Shown here: positions 43,444-57,257 of the stretch, piece by piece
Layout: every line of letters begins with the position of its first letter
Position numbering within the stretch: the first letter of the stretch is position 1
Assembly: GCA_951406725.2 (NCBI GenBank)
Contig: OX597823.1
Span: forward strand, 107,260,001-107,324,000
Source: Octopus vulgaris
Lineage: Eukaryota
Direction: 5' to 3'
DNA length: 64,000 nt
Notes under the pieces: generated by a model
The model's database searches: none
Told to the model about the DNA's origin: nothing
What the model saw: the letters and a program-made list of their open reading frames with translations, nothing else
Program-made: the position numbers and the translations under genes

Positions 43444-46400
43444 CTTTCTCTCTCCTTCTCTCACTCTCTATCTATCTATCTATCTCTATCTCTCTCTTTA
43501 AGTATCCATCTTCAACTTGCTGTATTATTGTGTGAGCTACTGCTTTTGTTTGCATCTCCGTCACCAGCTTTACGACCACCTCCACCACCATTGAATAAAG
43601 TATAAACAGCACCACTGCCTCTTTTATCAATAACCAACATCTTCACAATCGCAAATTAACCTGACATCAACACTAGTACTTCTGCCATGAGTAAGCACTA
43701 CACGAATATTGTTAAAACATTGCTATTATCATTAATCATAGACGCCATCACTTTTGCAATCAGCACAATCACCGTCACAACCATCATTATCATCACCTTA
43801 ATCTTCATCATTATCTTCGTTATTATCACCAATATTGTCTTTCTTATCGTTATATTTTTAGATACATAACCACCCACCATCCTATTGATATATTCACAAA
43901 AATCATAAAATTTAATCATTTATCGGATTAGTAGTAAAACAAAATACAAGTATTATAAGTGAAAAAAAGAAAGAGAAGCATCTATCACCTTTTCATGTTC
44001 TACTAGACAGGTAGGATCGATATGGTTGAGGTTCAACTTAATCTTCTGTAGGAATTTAACGCTCTTGGAAAAGCATAGGCAGGGGGGAATTTCAGAGAAT
44101 CGTGGTATGTTACTGCGACAACAAATACACACATTGGTTAATCATGCCATGGTATAATTTTCCTAAGATCACTGGTAACTGAGAACGGATTGTAACTGGG
44201 AATCAGAACCAACTGGTAGTCTTGGCTCAGCTAGCCACTTGCGGCTTGTTGATCTTCACACAACATAGTTGTTTTGTTCAACGTTAACACATATATATTT
44301 AGGGTAAGATAGAAATTAGATTTCGTGAATTTCACCTCATACATCTTATACTTTTGCCAAAACTAGATCTCAAAATGTAGAATTCTCTTCATAGGCACAA
44401 CCTATTTCACCTCTGAAGTACTTCACAACTGACCTTTACCATTGAATACTGCTCCTGTGTCAAGGATAATGCAAATACTTCGTATTCAACTATTCTGATG
44501 CACCTCTAGAAAAACCATTAGACTGATTTGTAAATGCGTGCACCATATCGTAATATATATATATAAAAGCATACCCACATGTTGTATCACCTCACGGAAT
44601 GTTTCGACTCGTCTGAAATAACAATTTGGGAAACACACCACCTAAGAGCTCCCGATTTACCTCCCTCTCCTCTTCTCAACCATTCTTTAATTCATCTGCC
44701 AATCGGAAGCATTTAAGCTAATATCAACCGTAGCAATTTTATTAAACTAAGAATACCTGCAAAAGGTTATGGACATTATCTTTCTTCCAAACAAAACTTT
44801 TTCATCAATCGAATTAACTTCTTGCTTTAAAATACTTCTCACAAAAACTTACAAGTATTCCTTTTCAAAAAGCTGACATAAATATGTTTTTTTTAAAAAT
44901 CAATTTTATTATGCTAATGTACAATTGCCCTTATATATATTTTAAAAGTTCTACTTTAAATTTTAACCCTTTTATGACGGAAATCAGACATATTCACTCA
45001 AAATTTTATTATCCTTTTAACTGCGGAAAACATTTTTTACATATCAGTCAATCTTTTATTGAGAACTGTCATGTTTCAAACTATTTTCCGTTGATTTATG
45101 TTAAGTTTATTGAGGCAATGTGACTTGCAGAAAATACTAATTCTATTTTTTGCCAGATATTTAATATCTTTACTCGAATGACCACAAAATTTAATTTCAC
45201 ATTTAAAGAGTTAAGGTCAAGATGACCAAGTAGATAATGCATTGAAAAACCCATTCGAAGGTTGTTTGGTTTGTTAAAAATCTGTTATTTTTGTTTCGGT
45301 TTGTGTTTCTGTAATAGAATCATACATTTTACTTGCTACATTTCGCTTAACAATAAGTAACAGGTGGTAAATTATCAGAGTAAAAGTGATATCAAATAAC
45401 TTACAACTTACGTCAAAGCAAGTAAAGCCTGTTCTTGGTGAACACCTAAAGTCGTAAGCGACTCAGTAATTTGCGAATATTAGTCGTTATAGACTTCAAG
45501 AAAAGCATAAATGCTGCGGCTTTTCTTGCCTGTAATTTTATGATGTACACTAATAAGAGAAATAAATAATATTTTGACTCAACCAAACAGCAATGATTTT
45601 GAAGGTGCTGTATAGGCGATTGAATCTGAATTAGTATATTACTGGCATATAACTTTTTCAGGAAGAATGAAATGCAAAATTCTCTTTAGCAAAATTTGCA
45701 TTCAGAAACATTCTCGAAATGGAGACATAGCATGTAGCATTGTTAATGATTTTTCAGGTACATAACTAACTTCAAACAAGACTCTAACTTGTATCGAAAT
45801 TTACCTCTAATTCAATAATAAAATTAAAGAGTATATAGATAATATTTGAGATTTGAGACGATTAGAATCATACTAAATGTCGTCGTCCCATTACATTCTC
45901 AAATCCTGATGAAGTGGACATTTACCTTTCTTCTCTGAAGGACTGAAAAAATTTACCCACGCATATATTGCTCTAGTAATAGATGGTATCGACTATTCCC
46001 CTCAATAAATATGAGGCCTCATATTAATAGGAGTGAATGATCCAGGAGTTCGGAGAATTCTTTTCGGAATACATAGATCGTTAAATAGGGTAAAAAATAA
46101 TGTGTAAATGAATAAAGTGAAATCCAGAAATTTATTGCTACTCAAAGAGATGTATTCCAGATCGAATAATTTTGACAGGGAATGAAACTGAAGATTTGAC
46201 AAAAAACACTAACAAGCGGACACGTCGACTTCATCGCAACAAAGTGAAAGGAAAATATAAATAAAGTAAAATAACTAACATCTAAACAAAAGCAATAAGC
46301 CATAAATAAAATAAAGATTAATTTCCTCTGAATAAGAATGAACGATATATTCTAAGTTAACAATGACAAATCCAGACATGAATGCTTTCGCTGGTAAATA

Positions 46401-46949
46401 ATATACAATCGGAAGACAAATGGACTGTCACGAGAAGAGTTTTTTTTAATTGGAAGCGAGACAAGCAAAAGATAAGCTGTCAATTCAAAATTTAAAAGTT
46501 GTTTAGTTTAACCATATGTCGTTGCTAAGTTCTTTTTTTCTTCTCTTTCATTTCTTTCTCTCTTTTTTTATTTCATACGTTTTCTCCCTCCATTCTCGAG
46601 AGTTCTAATATATAAAGGGAGGTTGGCAAATCTTTGTCAGTAAGTGACTGGAGCTGTGATATCTTGATTACAAGATGTCGGGAGAAATGTTTAGCAAAAG
46701 TTAAGATATATTTGACCTGAATGTGAGAGGTCAAACAGTGATAAACTGGAGAGAGCTGGAGTTGAAAAAGGAAATGAAAAATATAGAACACAAGGCATTC
46801 TTTATTTTACTGAACATTTATTTACTCGTAAGTTTTTGTAAATGTTTGGGTGGCAAGCTATCTCTCATCTGATTTGGGGTTTTTTTTGTTTTTTTTTTGT
46901 TTTTGCTTTTTTTTGTTGCTCTTTTTGCCCCAATGGATTTACAAATACT

Positions 46950-47124
46950 TTTGTTTTGGTCGAGTGGCATGAAAGGTCATATAAAAGATATGTTGTATTG
47001 AAAGCTTTGTTTTGGTCGAGTGGCATGAAAGGTCATATAAAAGATATGTTGTATTGAAAGCTTTGTTTTGGTCGAGTGGCATGAAAGGTCATATAAAAGA
47101 TATGTTGTATTGGAAGCTTTGTTT
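46950..47124. repeat. 56-bp tandem repeat x3
   Basis: tttgttttggtcgagtggcatgaaaggtcatataaaagatatgttgtattgaaagc at 46950, 47006 and 47062. Confidence 0.97.
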
Positions 47125-47899
47125 AAGGAAACGATATTAACCGTTCTGTTATGATCGATTTGAAGAAACATTTCTTGCAGAAATTAATTAAGCTCTGGAT
47201 TCAGTGTTGAGGAGTAACGGTAAAGTATTTTGAATAAAATTTGTTCTCGATTAAGTTTTGATTCTTGATTCTCGGTTAGATCGATTTCATTTTATTTCCA
47301 TTGTCAATAAAGAGAAAGTGTAAATGTAACACATCCTCGTTACCAGATTTTCTTTGCTAACCCAAGATGTTCTCTCTCGTAGTTATTATGGCCAAGTCAG
47401 TAAGTTTATACGTTCAAATTTGCTACCTGTCTTTTCAGCATGTTTCAGGCAAAAGCAATATAATTTGCATTACCTGATTTCATATAACGTGAGGAAATAG
47501 ATATTTAAATCATTACCATTTGCTTCCCTGGAATTCATCGATTCCGTTATAAGCCAGTTGGCGCCCCACTGTATTCTATTTATTTATAAGTCATATGTCC
47601 CCAGTATTTGAATATAAAAAATATATATGAATTTTTTTTTTAAATTTCCAAATACATACTCGTTATCCTTAGATCAGTGTACATATCACTAAACTTAGCG
47701 AGCTGAGAGCTATCCCCTCTGGAAGGGCTAATTCATGAGTGAGAGTAACAAGTCTACAGCCATGATTGACTGAAGCAGTGATCGGCATTAGCACATAGCT
47801 AATATCACTTCGTATTTCCCTTGTGTAGAACTGTTATATCTCACATTAGATCAAACATTGATTGGAATACACAAATAAGATAAGATGGATGATGCTAAT

Positions 47900-48830
47900 A
47901 CAAAAATAATAAAGGATAAAAACAAATCCAAAAGTTCTAGTGATTCGGGAACTTGATGTTGCGAAAACTAGCTGTAATGACAGGCATAATACTTCTCTCT
48001 GAATACGTAGAACAAAACTTCAAGTTTACCAAAACTATCTTCCAGCAAAAGAACCAACGCAAGGCTGCGTGGATGCATCCTAGAGCCAAATACTGGCATC
48101 TTATTCACCACATCCCGATCAGGTGTTTAGACCCCAATGATGTTCTATTCAACCGTGCAATGAGAGGAACTGAATTTTTGACTGACCATCGTATGATAAT
48201 TAGCAATCATCAAGTTGCTAATGCTGACCTTGAAACGCTCAACAGCACCAAATATAAAGAAGCACAGTTACTGCAAATTCAAGTGTATCGATGTTCTACA
48301 GAAACATCATGACTAGTTCAATCAGCCTCCAGTCAGCTGGTTCTTGAATGATTCGCCCAAGGACTGCAATGCATCTCTGGAAATTTTCTTATCGCACACA
48401 CTAAAAACACTGATGGAAATTCTTCGGAGTGAGGGTCTGAAAAGTCAGTAACAAATTGCGCAAGCTCTAGGAGTTCAGATGTATGCAAACAAGCTTAGCA
48501 TGCATAATATTTATAATGCAATGAGGACATCTTATGGTCTCTAGGATTTGATCCATAGCTCCAGTCAACTCAAGAGTGGAAAGAATTGATACTCATCGTT
48601 TATTTGGCGCAAAGTTTGCAGATATGGAAGAGAAACGGACTGACTTATCCAAGTTAAGCAGAAAGGAAGGCATTCACACAGTTATACCTGACTTCTCCAA
48701 GCAAAGATTTATATTATGACATCTGCGACAAAAGTGGTACTTCAAAGATTCACCTGTATAGCTTTCAAAATATCCTCAAATGAAGATGTGTCATAATCGC
48801 ATTGGAAGGATCTTGCGATAACGATATGCT
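47900..48830 (+). mobile_element. Decayed, internally deleted RTE-clade LINE
   Basis: TKTIFQQKNQRKAAWMHPRAKYWHLI...RAMRGTEFLTDHRMI is the RTE APE-endonuclease C-terminus; ICDK..SKIHLYS near 48720 resembles the RTE terminal zinc finger. Confidence 0.8.
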
Positions 48831-49353
48831 AAAGATGCAATATGTCTCTCTTCAGGTGTCATACGAAAACAACTTGAAGAATTTCACTCGCTAGTGTGAT
48901 ACGATGCACATACATTCGCATAAACACTCACTCATTCCAACACACACACATATACACACTCTTATACGCACTTACTCACATACATACACATGCACATGCC
49001 GGAACACACATGAATGCAAATACGGATTATTACTGAATTGACAAGTGCATTATTGCACACATCGTCTCCACCACCATCTTTTCTATATCTTCAGTTTTCC
49101 CATCATTTCAGTTTTCTGCTGGTGTCTATAGTAGTTCTTATGATGCTGGTGGTTCTGAATATGTAACTTGCTCTTTTCTTTTCCTTTCGCCTTTTTGTTT
49201 TTGCGTTGAACTCTGCGTGAATTCCTACATAAATCATTGTAAACATGTTCAAGTTAATTTATAACTAGACAAAGAAAGTGAACCTTAAATATATGCGTAA
49301 CTACTAGACAACCGCTACCAAGATCACAAGTGAGGACGACGGCGGCAGCAGTG

Positions 49354-49386
<33 letters not shown>

Positions 49387-49939
49387 GGAGGAGGAGGAGG
49401 AGGTGGAGGAAGAGGCGGAGTGGGGAGGAGGGGAGGAGGACAAAGTTCATACTCGCTGTTTTTCATTCCTTTTACCTTGCTCGTTTGGTTCCTACTGGGT
49501 AAACAAGAAACATGGCGACCAAAATCTAACGATGGCATGTTTTGCTGAGTATTGAGATGGGATGAACACGTAATTAGAATACAGAAGAAAAAAACAGAAG
49601 TTCTTAACAAATAGTTACACACGAAATGAAAATGCACAGATGCCCGAACACACGGTGCAGTCAAAAACACTAATCCATAATATATACGCTGACTTACACG
49701 CGCAGGAACGCACGTTCTGGTTCTCCCACACGCACGCACACTCACACACACACACACATACACTCGTACGTAATTGGGATCTATTCAATTTGACGGCCAG
49801 ATTTTTTAATTAATTCCTTTTAACTAAACACTTTGAAACTTCGGATACTTCGGTAGAATGTGTCTCATAGGTCCAGGTTTATTCTTAATGTTTTTGGCAG
49901 GCAGGCAGACAGACATAGATAGCAAAATAGCTAGCTAGC

Positions 49940-49964
49940 TAGCTAGATAGATACATAGACAGAC

Positions 49965-50043
<79 letters not shown>

Positions 50044-50048
50044 CAGAC

Positions 50049-50141
<93 letters not shown>

Positions 50142-50142
50142 T
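49940..50142. repeat. (GATA)n microsatellite
   Basis: Direct reading. Confidence 0.97.
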
Positions 50143-50838
50143 ACTCACTCACACACATTGCAGAAGCAAATGGGATTTGAATTGTCTTATTCTAATGCAT
50201 TATTATTCACCCACACCAGGAAGTAAATAATATTTTAAAACTTAGCAGTTTAGTTTTTCGTGAGCTCTTCTGCGCTCTCCAGCTAATTCAGTGCACGACT
50301 AAATTTAGTCAACTAAAAGGAACCAGTACATTGCTGCATTTGAGACATTATAACAAATATAAACATCAATACACAGCGTTATAAACGGGGAACACATAGA
50401 TTCAATTTCTAAACAGAATAGTTTCTTTATTTATTTCTTATTTTTGCTTTAATTACATTTAGATTAAAGATCTTAGTCTTAATGAGTGGAATTTATTTCT
50501 GTAAACCAAGTTAAAATTGTGGCAGTAAACAAAAGACTTATGAGACAAAAAGTCGTCAAATGGGTAACAGAGAAACTCTTGATATTGCCTTTAAATCGTA
50601 GCATCTCTGTTATTTAAGAAAACGATTAGTTAAAACTTTCTTTAAAGATATAAAGTATGCGAATCTATTAAGAAAACTCCGTCAGAATTGGTACAAAAGG
50701 AAAATTCTTATGAAGCAAAAGGTGCTCAAATGTGAGAGTGATCGTCAGTAAATCTTTTTGACATTGATAGGTTTATAAATAAACTTGAGTAAAATGTGCA
50801 GAGGATAGGAGTAACGTTGCTATAGTTCCCAATTTTAT

Positions 50839-51140
50839 GGAGGCACATGGGCTAGTGACTAGAGCAGCGGACTCGCGGTCGAGGGATCGCAAGTTCGAGT
50901 CTCAGACTGGGCGATGTGTGTGTTTATGAGCGAAACACCTAAGCTCCACGCGGCTCCGGCAGAAGGTAATGGCGAACTTCTGCTGACTCTTTCACCACAA
51001 CTTTCTCTCACTCTTTCCTCCTGCATCTTGCAGCTCACCTGCGACGGACCGGCGTCCCGTCCAGGTGGGGAACCTATACGCCAAAGAAACCGGGAAACCG
51101 GCCCTTATGAGCTAGTCATGGCTCGAGAAGGAACAAAACA
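50839..51140 (+). mobile_element. tRNA-derived SINE family B1, full length with TSD
   Basis: tRNA-like head (tgggctagtg..., aagttcgagtct); flanks agttcccaatttt / agtttccaatttt form a target-site duplication. Confidence 0.9.
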
Positions 51141-52013
51141 GTTTCCAATTTTTACTGGTTTGGGACTAGTTGCACTTTACGATTTCTTTGTATTTAGATT
51201 TGTGTACGGTGTGGATTTTCGCAGGGTAGTTAAAAATTTTACGAATTTCCAAAACTTTGAAATTAGGTATATTTTATACATCACCTGTGGAGGATGGATC
51301 TGAGATAAAAAGGAGGTAAGCTTTTATGTACAAGTTTTGCTTGCAAAAACTGGGTTAAAATACAAGTTTAGATACAAAAGATTTTTATCATTTTAACATA
51401 ATAAACATAATAATTTTAACATAATAAAAATAATAATAAACATAATAAAAATACCAAAATTCTTTGAGAACAAAATTATTCTTAGATTTAAAACATAAAT
51501 ATACCGATTTAAGCTCATGAAATAAGATTATTTGCTAATTGTTGGGTCAAGAATTATTTTTTAATCTTATTTTTGTAACAAATAATAAAAATTAATCAAT
51601 ACAAATAATTATAATTAAAATAATAAATACGACTGCTTAGCACCAAATTTAGGAATCTGAATTATATTAGGAAAAAAATTTAATCAAATATATTAGAATT
51701 TAGCAAATTAGCGGAATTAGGCATTAAAAATTCATCATAGCCAAATCTATTACTGAAAAACGTATTTCTCATTCATATTTAAATGATTTTGAAAATGGTT
51801 ATTTGCATTTACCTATCAAGTGAACAAAAAAAAATTCAGTCTTTTAAAAATATTGAACATGTTATAAAAAATTGTTTTGGTTTTTTAAAATGTTTTTACA
51901 CAACTGTTTATCGTTATTTTTCTGCTCGTTTTCCTCTCATTCTTTTTCTGATCATTATGTCTGGATGCAGCAAGAACACCCAACATCCAGGCTGAAAAAG
52001 AGATAATAAAAGG

Positions 52014-52095
52014 CAGGACAACATCTAAGACATCACCTAGCATGACACCATCCAAAACATCACCAAGCATGACCCCATCTAAGATATCACCATGC
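52014..52095. repeat. Degenerate 27-bp tandem repeat x3
   Basis: catctaagacatcacctagcatgacac-like units. Confidence 0.8.
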
Positions 52096-54939
52096 TGATC
52101 ATCTTGGTACATCCCAGGCTTAATCCTTGAGAAGACTCAGGATGTACTGAAGCTAGCCATCTGATGTTTAGTTTGTCGTGAGGTGTGATCTATGAAGAGA
52201 CTTGCGCTGTACTCAAAGTGATTCCCCAGAACGTTAACCGAATCGGACCGCATTGCTTGAAACTAGTTGACTTGAAGTAAGGCTTTCTGGCTGGCCCCAG
52301 TTAATCTATTATTGCTTTATTCGCAATTTTCTTCTTCGTTTCGGGTTCCTCTTTGGCATTTTTATATAATATACTTTGTGTCAATTTATAAAATTTAATT
52401 TTTGGCTAGAGTTTAAAGTATCTGGAACAAAACTTTTTATTTTTTATAGTTTTTTTTTTGTTTTGATGCAATAAAAATAGCTTGTTTTTCTGTAAAAAGC
52501 TTTACCCATAAAATAAAAGTGGACAAACAGGAAAAATGCAGAATGATAATATTCTTAATTATCTGAACCTAGAAAAGTACACGTCAAGAAGTGGATACCT
52601 TAAGAATTTTCAACCTGAAGTTGAAGATCGAATTATGTCTTTTGGGAAGGATTCGAATGGGAAAAGTGCTGAAAAGATTAAAGAGAAAATTTGTGTGCCC
52701 TTGAGCCGCGGGTTAATAATGTCATTGAATTTGAAGTTGATTATTTTTTCCCATAAGACATACTCGTCTGCCAGTCTAATTGAATTCACAACCCATGGTT
52801 TATGCTATGTTTGGTGAAGATAAATTAAATGGTGTGCTCTTTGAGGGAAGAGAGATTTCTTGGTCAAGCTTTATGGAAGTAATGAATGTTGGGTTGCGAA
52901 GAATTTCTGGGTGTCGAGAGTTCAAGAGTAGCGGATTTTCATAGCTTCACAAGCATAGCTTCTGAACTTCTGTTTATAATGGAGATAAATTTTCATTTCC
53001 TTTTGTGGAGGGGAGGTAGACGCACCACCACCACCACCACCACCACACAACTTCTTTCTCATTATTTCTAAGTGACAGAATACTTCTGCCTTTTTGACTT
53101 TCACTGGGCAAGTTACAGTGCATCCTAACCACTCTACTCTACCCTCCTTCGATGACAACATATTTCTGTATGCCTAAATCTGAGCTTAGGTACAGTTCAA
53201 AAAAAGAGAGAAGAAGCTTGTTGCAAATTTTAAAATTATGGAAAACAGGTTGTCTCTCTATTATATTATGAAAAACATCAAACCCCATTCCGTACTTTCA
53301 TCACCATGTTTTATTGTTAGGGAGTAAATACTGGAAGTTCCATAGACAATGTTATTCATAGATTAGTTAGAATCTAGAGAGGAAACACTTGCTTTGAATA
53401 AAATGAAAACGTTTTTTACTTATATTTTCAATTCCAATTTCAGCTGGAATATTTGTCTTTCATCCACCCGTATTCGATAAAGCACATCTTAATCATGTTT
53501 AATCCTTCAGTTTTGATCCCTGACTTAAATAACGATTGACTGTTAAGTACACATCCGAATGCTTAGAGAATGTTTATACCTTAAAGCGAAATTACTGACA
53601 AATCATTTTCAAATATATCATTGCAAATTCTTCTGACGTTGCTCTAAGTTGGAAATATTCTATACTGTAATGATTTTTTTCTTCGCCGTCTCGAAAAGTG
53701 TCAGCATTAGAAACATGTAAGCAAAATAACCCAGTGGTGGTGTGAAGGTAAGTCAATAAAATATAAACCCCAAACGGCACCATGAAGGTGTTCATAAGAA
53801 CGTCAGATATGCCTTTCTCTTATAGCAACTAAGGGATTTACTTTTGCTTATGTTTTTTTTTTTACTTCAATGGCATATAAATGAGTGTTAGCACCCATTT
53901 GCAGCTATGATTTGCATTATATTTACTTCATATTTGGTTTTGCAAATATGATGTAGAGATAGATTTGCGATCTTAACATTTGTTTTTATTCAGTACTAAA
54001 CCTTATATTGTGTAGTCAATTTTGCAAGGTATATCCGAATTTTATTCTTTTTTGTGCATCAAATACACCAGAGAAAGCATATAGATACAACTTACGATCA
54101 TTGAGCTTGCTTCTTTTCTTCTTGATAAATAAGTAAACCAGTTTGGAGATTCTGTAAAATGAATACATATAAATGTATAAAAAATAAATTTGTACAAATT
54201 ATATGCCATTATTATTACCAGTTTTAATTTTTCGAATGTGTACTCAGATTTCTGCTCATAAATTGACGATATATTCATTCAGCTACTGGTCCTTTATCTA
54301 TCATAGTTAAAATAAATTACAGATGCACTCACGCGGACATATTTGTACTATATAACGATTACTAACGTTGGAGGTCAAGATATGTAGTCCATTAGAGTTA
54401 GTAGAGGAGCGGAAAATATACCTTTTGATATTTAATTGCATTTTTTTAGGTTCTGAGTTCGAATTCTGTCAGTGTTAACTTTACCTTTCATACCTCTTGT
54501 GTCGTAAAATAAGTACTACAAAGTACTGGGGGGGGGGGGCGATTAACGGTAACCACATCCTCCACAATATGCAAACATTCTAACCAAGTTATAAATCAAT
54601 ATTATACTGGTACATCAAACATTTAGGGTGGAGCATAGTTTGTCTCTAGTAAACTGACTGATAAATACCGAAATAATGAAAAACAGAGTCCCTCGATTCC
54701 GGTTTGACTTGAACTTAAAATACAAAGAGATATGCTGAATGTTGTAAAGTAATTTATCAGGTTCTTAACTGATTCTATCATACATCACCGTTCCTGACAT
54801 ATGTTCCTGACAACATTAATTGTTGTTATATTTATGTGAGCTAATGTTATGCTTTTACCTTTTTACTTCATATCCGTATGAAAGTAAAGAAAATATACTT
54901 CATAGTATATTTGTTATTATTAATAATTAAAGAAATTCG

Positions 54940-55870
54940 ACCATGTTGCACTGGACGTATAAGCGTTCACAAGATTGAATGATCCGTCTTTGCTGCTACT
55001 TACATCCAAGATCATTGCTTAACGTTTCAAGATTTTAAATGTCTCATTAAAGAAGTTTCGTCTTCGAATTGCAAAAATAATTTAAGTTGATCAATGTTTT
55101 TCAACTCTGTTACACATATAGAATTCTATAGTATATGATAAATTAAGCATGCAGGACACTGTAGTATTTTCCTTCTGTTCTGTTGTTGACATCCATAATG
55201 CAGGTTCAACTAGATGAAACGACAAAAGCTTGCAAGGTAGATTCTGTTGTAACTGCATATAGAATCAATATCTTATGATCGCCATACTTTGTAGAGATGG
55301 GAATAAATGTACTTGTTTCAATAAATTTCTTCCCCGTAAGATCCAATTACCAGTCCTTTCTCAAGACCAAGGTTAATTTACCCTCTTAGTTCCTTTGTTC
55401 GATCGACATAGGTTGTACTCGGAGAAAGAGTTCGTTTCCTTATTTGTTATTTTATGGTTTTAAAAAGATCTCTCGCAAAAACCTCTGGTCGGGCAGACGA
55501 CGTTTCATTTCATTTCTCTTTGCGTTTTTTGTCCACGCCTGTTGTCTGTTCTTATCGTTTCTACTTAATTTCTCATATTTTTTATATCGATAGTCTGAGT
55601 CGCACTTTTGCAAATGCCGTAATACTCTTAGAATAGTTGTAGCCTTAATAACTTTCTCTTTCTCTTTTTCTCTCCACTTCGTTGCCTGCCTCTATTTTTC
55701 GGCATTCCTCTCAGCATGCATATTCCCTCATCTTGCATCTCAGCAATTTTCCCCCTTCGATTTAATTCAGAAATCTGTCTTCGCAACGTCTGTGTTTACT
55801 GGCCTGAAGAATTTGAGCAAGCGACTGTACTTCCAAGCCAAAACCAGACTACGGGCATTTATAACACCTT
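54940..55870 (-). mobile_element. Decayed APE-endonuclease remnant (L1/Tx1-like)
   Basis: GVINARSL...K..L...DV near 55870-55780 and FNLVNAY near 54985-54955; weak. Confidence 0.4.
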
Positions 55871-56019
55871 TCTGACTACAGTCTAGGTTGATTGAGGTTT
55901 TCAACAGAAATTTGTTTGCCGATGTTTTGAGGACAAACTTTTCAATACTTTCCCTTTCTATTTAATTACTATTATTTTTATCATGCATTGACGCTACTGT
56001 AAATGATAAGTGAGTTTAA

Positions 56020-56560
56020 TAGTGCCATAAAAGGATATACTATTGCGGTGCTATTTTCTATATGCTATGCATTTTTATAAGTACAAGAGTATTCGTTATA
56101 CATTTTTCTGCAGATTATATTTTTCTTTTTGTCATTACCAAAGCAATTATTATTAATGGGATTATTAGAGTTTTCATGCCACATATATGGTTATCTCTAT
56201 TTCCAGATCTATATATTTGGATAACTTTTCCATTTTGCTTAGAGGCACATTATACTCTGTAGGAAAGTGTCAGTTAGGAATTTTTCCCTGTTTTTTTTAC
56301 AATATCCGGTCAATTTACCTTCATCCCCCTATTTATTGTATATCGGCATATCGCAGAGTATGGTTGCCTTGTCGTTTCCAGAGAACTTGCATTTTTCGAT
56401 GCAAGTTTATATGAACTCTTTTCTGTTAGTATTTCATAGAGCTAGCATAACTTCTAGTGTATGTAAGTCTTGGTTATACTGCGTTGTATGTATGATTTAT
56501 TGGTTAAGACTGGATAACCAGAAAGAATGTGGTTAATTGTTTCTTCATTGTCACGACATA
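56020..56560 (-). mobile_element. Old decayed R4/Dong copy
   Basis: tatcggcatatcgcagagtatggttgccttgtcgttt aligns with 3935-3972 of the younger copy; flanking similarity is collinear. Confidence 0.75.
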
Positions 56561-56759
56561 TTCTGCAATTGCTTATTGCATTCTACCTCATTATAAGCTT
56601 TTGGTGTTTTCGTCCGTCCTTACACTCTGAGTTCAAATCCCCCCGAGGTTGACTTGACTTTTTACCTTTACAGGGTCGATGAAATGTACCAGTTGGGCAT
56701 GCAATCGACTAGCCCCAAATTCCAAAGATTTCAGGCCTTGTGCCTATAGTAGAAACGGC

Positions 56760-56808
<49 letters not shown>

Positions 56809-57233
56809 GAGTGAGAGAGCAGTGCATGCCATCAAAGTGACACTGGGGTCCATCATGACTACCCGTCTGATAACGGTACACCAGGCACATGCATCACAAC
56901 CATATGTGCGCGACATGGTGATCTCATATCAAGATAAACAGCACATGACCTTGCAGGTGGGGCCCAGTTAGAATTTTCTTCAGGTTGAGTAGCCCATCCC
57001 GCTCAGAAGGTCCCTGAATAAGGGTTGTTTAAGGATGTTGAAAGAACCACCCATGTTTCCAGAGGTGAATTATTCAAACCCCAAAGAATCCCTCTCAACA
57101 CATGACTATGATGCTCCCCCACTACTTCTGCTCGTGATCAGAGATGCACATATCGTCAGCCACTAAGAGACATGCTCAACTGGTTAATATCAAACAACTG
57201 ACAAGCAAATCTGTGGTATTGAGCAGAATATTT
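56809..57233 (-). mobile_element. Non-coding TAA-targeted retroposon, copy 2
   Basis: Near-identical to copy 3, more 5'-truncated, TTA arrays on both sides. Confidence 0.9.
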
Positions 57234-57257
57234 ATTATTATTATTATTATTATTATT

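Noticed and set aside
44963-45214. Second piggyBac-like MITE (ttaaccct...agagttaa)
   Set aside because: Inverted match too short and degenerate to support
46950-47124. CRISPR-like array
   Set aside because: Units are contiguous with no spacers; eukaryotic context and no cas genes
52536-52817. 93-aa ORF as a host exon or transposase
   Set aside because: No recognisable motif or splice evidence
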